Positions 52,657 to 64,000 of a DNA stretch of 64,000 nt are shown here, piece after piece. The stretch's first letter is position 1. Each line of letters opens with the position of its first letter. A model generated the notes under the pieces. The model was not told the DNA's origin and did no database searches. It was given only the letters and a program-made list of their open reading frames with translations. A program made the translations under genes and the position numbers. The DNA is from Eledone cirrhosa. Its lineage: Eukaryota. Where the stretch lies: positions 38,440,001 to 38,504,000 of the forward strand of contig OZ024749.1 of the NCBI GenBank assembly GCA_964016885.1, read 5' to 3'.

Positions 52657-55080
52657 ATACATACATATATACATACATATAAGCATACATATATACATGC
52701 ATACATACATACATATATATACATATAAGCATACATACATGATGTATGCATACATACATACATATAAGCATACATTCATACATGCATACACACATGATGT
52801 ATGCATACATACATACGTACATACATACATATATGATGGCTGCCCTCTCGTTATCGAGTATGGCCATTGCACGATATACCATTATTAATAATTATTAATT
52901 AATTCTATCGTGCAATGCCTGTGCGTAAAGATATTTTTTAAAGTGAAGAAAAACTGTGCACTGAGCCAATCCCACTCTCTGAGCGACAGTAGCTATAACC
53001 CTAAACGAAGAAAACATCAACATCATCGGTAACTACTGAGCCGTACGTTTTATATCGGAGTTATCCCAGTTTCCTGAGTTGCCTTCTCCTAGAAGAATGC
53101 CCTGACAAAGGCTAGTGGTCCTTCACTCCCAGTGGTTTAACAGCGCGGTACATGTGTATATACATATTTACACACTTTTGGATGGCCGTTGACTCTTATG
53201 AGTTCTTCCATACATACATACATACGTACATACATACATACATACATATAGGCATGCATACATACATATAAGCATACATACATATAAACATACATACATA
53301 CACATAAGCATACATGCATACATATAAGCATACATACATGCATGCACACATGATGTATGCATACATATATTATATTATATTGGCTGCCAACTCGTTTTCG
53401 AGTACGGCCACTACTTTATATCCATGTAGAACCCTTACCGCTGCGCTGAACGAGTGTGACTTTTTAATCCAGCCAGCGGCTTGAAAACTCTGGTACAAAC
53501 ACTACACTTGTGACAATTATTGACACATAGTGCTGGGCCCATGGTACCATGTGAGGACAAGTGCAGAGAGATCTCCAGATATAAAGCAATGCCTGTGCCG
53601 TGAAGCTTTTATAGTGAGCAAAGGCACTGCACAAAGCCAGTCCCACTCTCTTAACCAAGATGATATTTACCAAAAAGAAGAACAAGTCAACATCATTGGA
53701 TACCATCAGGGTTGCAGGTGTTATATCAGAGTTTTCCTTCTCCTAGAATTCTGCCTTAACAAAGGCTAAGGGGTCATCTCTCCCGGTGATTTTGGATGGC
53801 CATTGACTCTTAAGAGCTCCTTTGCCCTTTGACAGGTTTTGTTTTTAGTCCTGCAGGATGTCCAAAGTCATACATACATATATACATACATATAAGCATA
53901 CATATATACATGCATACATACATACATATATATACATATAAGCATACATACATGATGTATGCATACATACATACATATAAGCATACATTCATACATGCAT
54001 ACACACATGATGTATGCATACATACATACGTACATACATACATATATGATGGCTGCCCTCTCGTTATCGAGTATGGCCATTGCACGATATACCATTATTA
54101 ATAATTATTAATTAATTCTATCGTGCAATGCCTGTGCGTAAAGATATTTTTTAAAGTGAAGAAAAACTGTGCACTGAGCCAATCCCACTCTCTGAGCGAC
54201 AGTAGCTATAACCCTAAACGAAGAAAACATCAACATCATCGGTAACTACTGAGCCGTACGTTTTATATCGGAGTTATCCCAGTTTCCTGAGTTGCCTTCT
54301 CCTAGAAGAATGCCCTGACAAGGGCTAGGGGTCCTTCACTCCCAGTGGTTTAACAGCGCGGTACATGTGTATATACATATTTACACACTTTTGGATGGCC
54401 GTTGACTCTTATGAGTTCTTCCATACATACATACATACGTACATACATACATACATACATATAGGCATGCATACATACATATAAGCATACATACATATAA
54501 GCATACATACATACACATAAGCATACATGCATACATATAAGCATACATACATGCATGCACACATGATGTATGCATACATATATTATATTATATTGGCTGC
54601 CAACTCGTTTTCGAGTACGGCCACCCTTTATATCCATGTAGAAGCCTTACCGATGCGCTGAACGTGTGTGACTTTTTAGTCCAGCCAGCGACTTGAAAAC
54701 TCTGGTACAAACACTACACCTGTGACAATTATTGACACATAGTGCTGGGCCCATGGTACCATGTGACGACAAGTGCAGAGAGATCTCCAGATATAAAGCA
54801 ATGCCTGTGCTGTGAAGCTTTTATAGTGAGCAAAGGCACTGCACAAAGCCAGCCCCACTCTCTTAACCAAGATGATATTTACCAAAAAGAAGAACAAGTC
54901 AACATCATTGGATACCATCAGGGTTGCAGGTGTTATATCAGAGTTTTCCTTCTCCTAGAATTCTGCCTTGACAAAGGCTAAGGGGTCATCTCTCCCGGTG
55001 ATTTTGGATGGCCATTGACTCTTAAGAGCTCCTTTGCCCTTTGACAGGTTTTGTTTTTAGTCCTGCAGGATGTCCAAAGT
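52657..55080. repeat. Tandem duplication of a ~1213-bp unit containing two RTE-derived element subfamilies
   Basis: Matching ORFs are offset by 1212-1213 (53137/54350, 53464/54676). Junction tccaaagtca|tacatac at ~53870. Confidence 0.95.
52835..53210 (-). mobile_element. RTE-derived non-autonomous element, subfamily lacking the zinc-finger segment (duplicate at 54048-54422)
   Basis: Shares ccttctcctagaa, cccactctct, gcaatgcctgtgc and the tggctgcc...cgagta 3' end with the 8351 family. Confidence 0.7.
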
Positions 55081-55198
55081 CACCCTCCTCACCGAGAAAC
55101 CTTGGTGGGGTTGCCAGTTTAGTCGCCAACGACCCGACCATGAGACAGGTTGTACTGGGATACATGTTACTAGTAGCACCAACTGGTGACCTGACATA
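54592..55198 (-). mobile_element. Near full-length RTE-derived element (truncated duplicate at 53380-53870)
   Basis: Reverse complement of 8370-8978. Confidence 0.9.
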
Positions 55199-57039
55199 CA
55201 TACATATATACATATATACATTCATACATACATATATACATTCATATATACATTCATACATACACATATACATTCATACATACATAAGTACATACATACA
55301 TGCATGCATACATGCATACGTACTTATATGCTTACATTCGTACAAACATATTATATATGTGTATTTAAAATGGCGGTCTGTAAGTATAAGATTCTTGTTT
55401 CTGTGTGTTTGTTTGATCTTGTGTGTGCTTGTATGTGTGTTTGCCTATGTGTGTGTATGTGTGTTTATTTGAGCTTGTGTGTGCTTGTCTCTGTGCATGC
55501 GTATATGTGTGTATGTGTGTTTTTTTTTTAGCTTGTGTGTGTTTGTTTGTGTGTATGTGTGTTTGTTTGAGCTTGTGTGTGTGCTTGTCTGTGTGTTTGT
55601 GTGTGTATGTGTGTATGTGTGTTTGTTTGAGCTTGTGTGTGTTTGTCTGTGTATGCGTATATGTGTTTCTTTGAGCTTGTGTGTGTTCGTCAGTGTGTAT
55701 GGCTATGTATGTGTATGTGTATACGTATGTGTGTATATGTATGAGTATACTTATGTGGTAGTGGTTTTCGTCAATGATACCTAACATTAGCATATATAAA
55801 AATGTTTAGAAGATAATTAAACGTTAAAAATACAATAAAATGCAGGAAGCAACAAAGGCGCCATTTTTAAATCTAATTTAAGCGAGATGATGATCTTTCA
55901 TGGAACATCGAGCCTAATTAGAGAGAACTCTGGGGTGTGAGAGTGAGGCGTAGTGTTACTTATTCGTTGCGATATAATTTACTTCATTATCCCCCCTTTG
56001 TTCTACACAATCAATAGCACAAACACACATATACATATACAAAAACATATACATACACACACAGACACATACATGAACATGAACACATACACATACACAT
56101 ACAAAACATACATATACACCACTCATACAAAAACATACACATACACACACACAAACACATACATGAACACATACATACACATACATACACATACAAAAAC
56201 ATACACATACATACACATATACATGAACACACACACACACACAAAAATATCAACCAATGTTTAAACGGTTTCTATCCCAGTTTTTTTCATTTTAATTTTT
56301 TTTTTTTTTTTTTTTGCTTTGTCTTTTTTTCATTTCAAAGTTAAGTAGATATTTTATTATACTTTAGATTAGATCTTAACTGTTTTAATGTTTTGCTTGG
56401 TTTCTTTTTAATCAGCTGAGAGGAGAGAAGTTCACAATGTCTTCTTGACACAGCATTAACCTTTGTAATATTTCGTTTTATTTTTTTTTTTTATAAAATA
56501 AATAAACTGAAGCTCACCTAGTGTAGTTGATACAGTGTTTAATTTTGTAATGTTTCTGTGAGATTCTGTTTTCTGAGTCACATCTAAATGCGACTCAGGG
56601 AAGAGAAACTTACCAAGAATAGTTGAAACAGTTTGGTGATGCTGTTTTGGGTAGTAAACTTAGTTCATTTATTGACTGATCTTCGGTTGAATTAAGCGAT
56701 ATCTACCCTGTCGCAAACATTCGGAGCATGTTTATGGCACTTTCTATTAGTTTCTCCGGGAAAAGTGTAAACATATCACTCAGTGAATATGCTTCCGGAG
56801 GAGACAACTGTCTTACTACATCATACACTTGCACTTGCACCTCTTCATACATACTCCCGGGGGAGACGACTGCCATAGTACTTAACAGCCTCTCATTCGT
56901 GCCTCTAAATTCTTGCGCACGGCCCTTCTACTATATCACACACTCCTCACTTGTGCCTCGCCAAATTTTTCACATTTCCAAAGATCTATAATTATGTAAA
57001 CAATATAATACTTATACATATATATATATATATGTATAA

Positions 57040-57245
57040 GTAGGCTGCTGACCAGGTTCGAACACGGAAGAGCCGAACTCCCACTGTCATCTCCTCCATC
57101 TCTCTCGCCTTCCCCAACTCTCTGTATTATGAGCAAATGGGGTCCCATGTGCTGGCCGCCCCATGGCTCCAGTGGACAGAATGGAGAAGGCGTTTCCCCG
57201 GAGGATGGTAAGGGAGATCCGCTGGAAGAGCCACTTCAATGATGT
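57040..57245 (-). mobile_element. CRE-like RLE non-LTR retrotransposon 3' fragment
   Basis: WLFQRISLTILRGNAFSILST resembles the QRLS...QRGNA C-terminal motif. Confidence 0.65.
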
Positions 57246-57419
57246 AGACTGTCCTACTGCTTCCCACCCTCTCATTCACGCCTCTAAATACCTATCCTGC
57301 TCCCCCTCCCCGAACGGGGGATAACTCTCCTACTAACTCACCCCCTTTCAGTCACACCAGCGTCCTGAGGGCTGACCCTCCTTCTAATAACTAATAACAG
57401 GGGGCGCAAGCTCTCCTAC

Positions 57420-57546
57420 TACCCCGATGTCATCTCCAGAGATTCTGGTATTGAAATCCAGGACTTTTGCAACGGCAATGAACGACAGACCCACGTGGAG
57501 ATCAATTGTTAGGTCCATTTCGGCTGAGGCTGCCGGATGATGATGA
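57420..57546 (+). mobile_element. RTE LINE extreme 3' end
   Basis: YPDVISRDSGIEIQD...TAMNDRPTWRSIV followed by a (TGA)n tail. Confidence 0.7.
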
Positions 57547-58119
57547 CTACGTCACATACTCTCACTACGCCTCGCATAATTAGACCTTCTGATTGTGCTT
57601 TCAACCATAACCTTTTGAGCCATTCTTTACTTCACATCCTCTCGGTATTGTTTTGTGGGGTATTGGCTATGGAGTGTCTTTTCTCTCCATGATTTGTTTT
57701 ATAATATTTTGGATATTTGGTTTTAGTCTTTCCATTGCTATTTATTGATTTTTCTCATTATCTAAATATTTCCTTCCATCCAATTATCTTCTACTTTCTA
57801 CTTATTGTATTCCTATATATACAAAGAAAACTTTAATTTGTTTACTTTTGGTTTGTTTTTGTCTTTTTTTGTTGTTGTTTTTTTTTTGTTGTTGTTGTTA
57901 TTTTGTGTTTCTTGTTTTGTATTTCTTGTTCCCTTATAACACTAATCAGATTCCCGCTGTTTCTCTAGTCCTACTGTTGTGACATTATAACAGTTGTTGA
58001 GTCTACACCGTTATTATAATAGAATTATAATAATAATTATTATTGTCGTTATTGTCGGTTATTGTCAACAGTGTTATTACTGCTGTCTCCCTTGTTGTTG
58101 TTGTTGTCGTTGGTGTTTG

Positions 58120-60130
58120 ACGGTGATGTTATTGTCTTCGTTGTTGTTGCTGTTGTTGTCGTTGTTGATGTTGATGGTGGTGGTGGTGGTGTTATTGTCT
58201 TCGTCGTTGTTGCTGTTGTTGTCGTTGTTGATGGTGGTGGTGGTGGTGGTGGTGGAGGTGGTGGTGCTGGTGGTGGTGGTGGTGGTGATGTTATTGTCTT
58301 CGTTGTTGTTGCTGTTGTTGTCGTTGTTGATGTTGGTGGTGGTGGTGGTGGTGGTGGAGGTGGTGGTGGTGGTGGTGGTGGTGGTGGTGTTATTGTCTTC
58401 GTTGTTGTTGCTGTTGTTGTCGTTGTTGATGTTGATGGTGGTGGTGGTGGTGGTGGTGGTGTTATTGTCTTCGTTGTTGTTGCTGTTGTTGTCGTTGTTG
58501 ATGTTGATGGTGGTGGTGGTGGAGGTGGTGGTGGTGGTGGTGATGATGATGGTGGTGGTGACTGTGGTGATGATGGTGGTGGTGGTGGTGGTGATGATGG
58601 TGGTGGTTGTGGTGGTAATGGAGGTGTTGGTGGTGGTGGCGCAGGTGGTGGTGGTGATGATGGTGGTGGTTGTGGTGATGATGGGGGGGGGGGGGGGTTA
58701 TTGTCATTGTTGTTGTTATTGTTAATAGTGTTGACGTTGTTGTTATTGTTGTTGTTTCTCTGTCCAAATGGATATTTCTGTTTCTACTTTCTCCTTCCTA
58801 TTCTATTTCTAATTATTTCTCTCATTAAAAAACTAAAAAGATGTCACGGACAAACAAATTCTGATGTCTCTTGTTTAAGCTCTTGCTGGTGATGTTATTG
58901 TTGATGGCGGTGATGATGATGGTGGTGGTGGTGGTGGTGGTGATGGTGATGATGATGGAGGTGGTGACTGTGGTGATGATGGTGGTGGTGGTGATGGTGG
59001 TGGTGGTGGTGGTGGTGGTGGTGGTGGTGGTGGTGGTGGTGGTGGTGGTGGTGGTGGTGGTGGTGGTGGTGGTGGTGGTGGTGATGATGATGGTGGTGGT
59101 GGTGATGATGGTGGTGGTGGTGGTGATGATGGTGGTGGTGGTGGTGATGATGGTGGTGGTGGTGGTGGTGGTGGTGGTGGTGGTGGTGGTGGTGGTGGTG
59201 GTGGTGGTGGTGGTGGTGGTGGTGGTGGTTATGATGATGATGGTGGTGGTGGTGGTGGTGGTGGTGATGGTGGTGGTGATTATGATGATGGTGGTGGTGG
59301 TGGTGATGGTGGTGGTGGTGGTGATGATGATGGTGGTGGTGGTGGTGGTGGTGGTGGTGGTGGTGGTGGTGGTGGTGGTGGTGGTGGTGGTGGTGGTGGT
59401 GATTATGATGATGATGGTGGTGGTGGTGGTGGTGGTGGTGATGGTGGTGGTGGTGATGATGGTGGTGGTTGTGGTGGTGATGGAGATGTTGGTGGTGGTG
59501 ACTGTGGTGGTGGTGGTGATGATGGTGGTGGTGGTGGTGATGATGGTGGTGGTGGTGGTGGTGGTGGTGATGGAGATGTTGGTGGTGGTGACGGTGGTGG
59601 TGGTGGTGGCGGTGATGATGGTGCTGGTTGTTGTGGTGGTGGAGGTGGTGGTGGTGGTGGTGGAGGTATTGGTGGTGGCTGGGGTGGTGACTGTGGTTGT
59701 GAGTGTGATGGTGGTGGTGGTGGTGTCGGTGGTAGTGGTTATTTTGATGGTGGTGGTGGTGCTGGTTGTTGTGATGGTGGTTGTGGTGGTGATGATGGTG
59801 GTGGTCGTGGTGGCTGTTATGGTGGTGGAGGTGTTGGTGGTGGTGGTGGTTGTGGTGGTGGTTGTGATAGTGAGTGTGATGGTGGTGGTGTCGGTGGTAG
59901 TGGTTATTTTGATGGTGGTGATGATGGTGGTGTCGGTCGTAGTGGTGGTGGTTGTATTGTTGGTGGTTGTGGTGGTGGTGGTTGTAATTTGTGAAGGTGG
60001 TTGTGGTTGTGATGGTGGTGGTGGTGGTGGTGGTGGTGGTGGTAGTTGTTGTGCTGGTGGTTGTGGGGGTGGTGATAGTGTTGTTGATGATGTTGTTGAT
60101 GTTTTCACTGTTGTTGTTGATGATGTTATT
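58120..60130. repeat. (GGT)n/(GAT)n/(GTT)n compound arrays with higher-order units
   Basis: Directly visible. gttattgtcttcgttgttgttgctgttgttgtcgttgttgatg recurs 5 times at 58127-58505. Confidence 0.95.
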
Positions 60131-60178
60131 GTTGCTAATGTGTGTGTGAGTGTATGTGTGTATGTATATATATATATT

Positions 60179-60276
<98 letters not shown>

Positions 60277-60380
60277 TGTATGTATGTATGTATGTATGTA
60301 TGTATGTATGTATGTATGTATGTATGTGTATATTCATGTATGTATCTACGTGTGTGTTTATTCATGTATGTATGTGTATG

Positions 60381-60669
60381 TACTCCTCTCAAAGGCTGGT
60401 TATGTTAATCACCTGAAGTCACATGAAAGGATATGTGTATGTATGTGCGTATATATATATATATGTATGTTGTATGTATGTATGTATGTATGTATGTATG
60501 TATGTATGTATGTATGTATGTATGTATGTATGTATGTATGTGTATATTCATGTATGTATCTACGTGTATGTTTATTCATGTATGTATGTGTGTATGTACT
60601 CCTCTCAAAGGCTGGTTATGTTAATCACCTGAAGTCACATGAAAGGATATGTGTATGTATGTGTGTATG

Positions 60670-60726
<57 letters not shown>

Positions 60727-61550
60727 GTATGCATGTATGTGTATATTCATGTATGTATGTGTGTGTATGTACTCCTCTCAAAGGCTGGTTATGTTAATCA
60801 CCTGAAGTCACATGAAAAAATAACCACCGGCAACACCACTCAACAAAGACCTGGCGAAACAACGAGCGTGGTATGCCACAAAGTGTATAGAACTAGTTCC
60901 GGACTAAAAAAAACACACGGTGGTACATAAAGATTGTGTCCCACAGGGTGACACCACCGGTCCTGTGGAAATCACAACTCACTTCTGTCACCTGTGTCGT
61001 AAATCATGCAGATCAACAGCTGGCCTACAAAGTCATCTACGAAGTCCCACGGGGTGACACCACCAGGTCCTGTGGAAATCACAATTCTCTTCTGTCACCT
61101 GTGTTTGTAAACCATGCAAATCTACAGATGGCCTACAAAGTCATCTACGAAGTCCCACGGGGTGACACCACCAGGTCCTGTGGAAAGCACAACTCTCTTC
61201 TGTCACCTGTGTTTGTAAACCATGAAAATACAGCTGGCCTACAAAGTCCTCTACAAAGTCCCACAGGCTGACACCACCCGGTTTTGTGGAAAGCACAATT
61301 CTCTTCTGTCACCTGTGTTTGTAAACCATGCAGATCTACAGCTGGCCTACAAAGTCATCTACGAAGTCCCACGGGGTGACACCACCGGGTTTTGTGGAAA
61401 GCACAACTCTCTTCTGTCACCTGTGTTTGTAAACCATGAAAATACAGCTGGCCTACAAAGTCATCTACGAAGTCACGGATGCAGATGGGATGATAACGAA
61501 GAGTCAATACGAGACGGCAATCATCTGAGAAAACACTGCAATCCTGATAT
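60381..61550 (+). mobile_element. RTE-like LINE 3' end with tandemly amplified C2H2 zinc-finger unit
   Basis: [14 protein letters not shown] three times (60381, 60597, 60770), then CHKVYRTSSGLK, then five 106-108-bp units encoding FCHLC.K.CRS.AGLQSHLRS. Confidence 0.7.
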
Positions 61551-61751
61551 GTATATTCACGTATGTGTATGTCTGTCTATGTTTGTTCTTCAGAGTATAT
61601 TTATGTCACTATATCTCTCTCTGTTTTTGTATGTGTGTGTATGTGTATGAATGAATGTCTTTATGTATGTTTTTGATGTAAATTTACTGAAAGTGTGTGT
61701 GTGTGTGTGCGCGCGCGTCTGAAAATATCAATGTATATATTTCTATCTATC

Positions 61752-61958
61752 TAAGGCGGGTAAAATTCCCGAGATCCATGGACGAGTTCTCTCCAGCGGT
61801 CTCTGTCCCTCATTATCGCTGCCATGTCCTGCGTCTCCAACAGACCAGTGTCTGTCCTTAGGGCATCAACATACGTTAACCTTGGTCTTCCATCTTCTAG
61901 TGTGTCCATATAGGGGCTTCCAAAGGAGCACTGAGTGCAATGTCAACTCTGGATGTCA
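61752..61958 (-). mobile_element. RTE LINE 3' end
   Basis: Minus strand HPEL..SVLLWKPLYGHTRR/GRPRLTYVDALRTDTGL...MRDRDRWRELV. Confidence 0.85.
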
Positions 61959-62229
61959 TATTTCTATATGCGTCTATATTTAGGCAGCTTTGTATGTATA
62001 TATGTATGTATATATGTATGTATATATGTATGTATGTGTGGTGTGTATGTGTATGTATGTGTGTATGTATGTATATATGTATATATGTATATATGTATAT
62101 ATGTATATATGTATATATGTATGTATGTGTCTGGTGTGTATGTGTTTGTAGGTGTATGTATGTATGTATATATATATATATATGTATATGTGTATGTATG
62201 TGCGTGGTGTGTATGTGAATGCATGTGTG

Positions 62230-62260
<31 letters not shown>

Positions 62261-62380
62261 TTATGTATGAATGTATGTGTATTTATGTATTTATTTGTGT
62301 ATGTGTATACGTAAACATATGATTAATGTATTTTTAATTGGAGTACAAACCTCCAAATATCAACTTGAACTAGAGTCTAG

Positions 62381-63379
62381 GTGATGGGTGTTGTGGTTGT
62401 TGTGATGCTTGTTGTGGTTGTTGTTGTGGTTGTTGTGGTGGTTGTTGTGGTTGTTGTAGTTGTTGTTGTGATGATTGTGGTGGTAGTTGTGGTGGCTGTT
62501 GTGATGGTTGTTGTGGTTGTTGTGGTGGTTGTAGTTGTTGTTGTGATGATTGTGGTGGTAGTTGTGGTGGCTGTTGTGGTGGTTGTTGTGGTTGTTGTGA
62601 TGGTTGTTGTGGTTGTTGTGGTGGTTGTAGTTGTTGTTGTGATGATTGTGGTGGTAGTTGTGGTGGCTGTTGTGATGGTTGTTGTGGTTGTTGTGATGGT
62701 TGTTGTGGTTGTTGTGGTGGTTGTAGTTGTTGTTGTGATGATTGTGGTCGTAGTTGTGGTGGCTGTTGTGGTGGTTGTTGTGGTTGTTGTGATGGTTGTT
62801 GTGGTTGTTGTGGTGGTTGTAGTTGTTGTTGTGATTATTGTGGTGGTAGTTGTGGTGGCTGTTGTGATGGTTGTTGTGGTTGTTGTGGTTGTTGTGGTGG
62901 TTGTAGTTGTTGTTGTGATGATTGTGGTGGTAGTTGTGGTGGCTGTTGTGATGGTTGTTGTGGTTGTTGTGGTGGTTGTAGTTATTGTTGTGATTATTGT
63001 GGTGGTAGTTGTGGTGGCTGTTGAGATGGTGGTTGTAGTATTTTGGTGGTTGTAGTTGTTGTTGTGATGGTTGTGATGGTTGCTGTAGTGGCTGTTGTGT
63101 TGTGATAGTTGATGTGGTGGTTGTTGTGGTATTTGTTGTGATGGCTGTTGTAGTCGTTATTCTGGTGGTTGTAATGGTGGTGGTTGTGGTAATGGTTTCA
63201 TGGTTTTGCTGTGTTTGTGACAGTTGTTGTAATAGTAGGCTATGGCGATTGTTGTGATGATTGTCTGTGGCGACATCTGTAGCGTCTGTAGTAGAAGCTT
63301 ATGTTGTGATGTTTGTCGTGATGGCTGCTGTGCGGTTGTAGTTAATTGTGATCGTGATAGTATAAGTAGCATTGTTAAC

Positions 63380-63459
<80 letters not shown>

Positions 63460-63472
63460 GAGTAGTAGTAGT
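62381..63472. repeat. (GTT/GGT)n array with higher-order units, then (AGT)n
   Basis: Directly visible. Confidence 0.95.
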
Positions 63473-63659
63473 GTCGCTGATTCAACGCAGTAGATTGCGA
63501 ATACAAATATTTATATTTATAAATAATCCATTTGTATAATGCGTGGCAGACGGTAATATATCACAATTTATACAATACGTCTATATATTGTAATTGTATA
63601 TAGTATGTATGTATATATTATAAGTGTATATATTATGTATGTGTGTGTTGTATTATAGC

Positions 63660-64000
63660 AGAATTGATAGAGGGTCGGACGCCATGCTTTATAGCATAGT
63701 TACGTCCCTTTACGATCTGAGTTCAAATCCCGTCGAGGTTAACTTAATTTTTCATCCTTACGAGGTCGATAAAATAAAGTACCAGTAATGTACTGAGTAA
63801 TTGCTGGCCTTGTGCCAAAAGTAGATACAATTATATATGTATATAATATATATACATATATTGTTTGTGTATATGTTTATATAATTTATGTTTATATAAT
63901 GATTTCTAGTACAGGCACAAGGCCAGTAATGTAGGGGGAGGGGAAAGTCGATTCAATCGACCCCAGTACGTTACTGGTGCTTTATTTTGTCGACCCTGTA
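63660..64000. mobile_element. Two Meta-like SINEs tail to tail (63660-63832 on +; 63903-64000 on -)
   Basis: Body motifs catccttacgaggtcgataaaataaagtaccag and its reverse. Confidence 0.85.

Overview
AT-rich, extremely microsatellite-dense animal genomic DNA. The SINE types and repeat landscape suggest an octopus or other coleoid cephalopod (inference). I find no intact host protein-coding gene, tRNA, rRNA or CRISPR array, and nearly all listed ORFs are translations of (TA)n, (CA)n, (CAT)n or (GGT)n repeats. The window is a mosaic of decayed mobile elements: Tx1/L1-like LINE pieces (one ORF1 with a CCHC knuckle), R4/Dong-like RLE LINE 3' ends in (AAT)n, RTE and CRE-like 3' ends, a degraded Penelope RT/GIY-YIG fragment, two kinds of tRNA-derived SINE, bipartite RTE-derived non-autonomous elements, and Tigger, hAT and Tc1/mariner MITEs. 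The most striking hidden signal is about 18-20 type I hammerhead ribozyme (HHR) motifs from about ten short element families, almost all sitting in (TA)n tracts. Several are built as self-templated fold-back palindromes (arms up to ~210 bp), and some carry non-canonical catalytic cores. Family letters A-J are my own labels. HHRs in Penelope-like termini are established; the family diversity, core variants and fold-back geometry here merit follow-up. All folds and alignments were done by eye.
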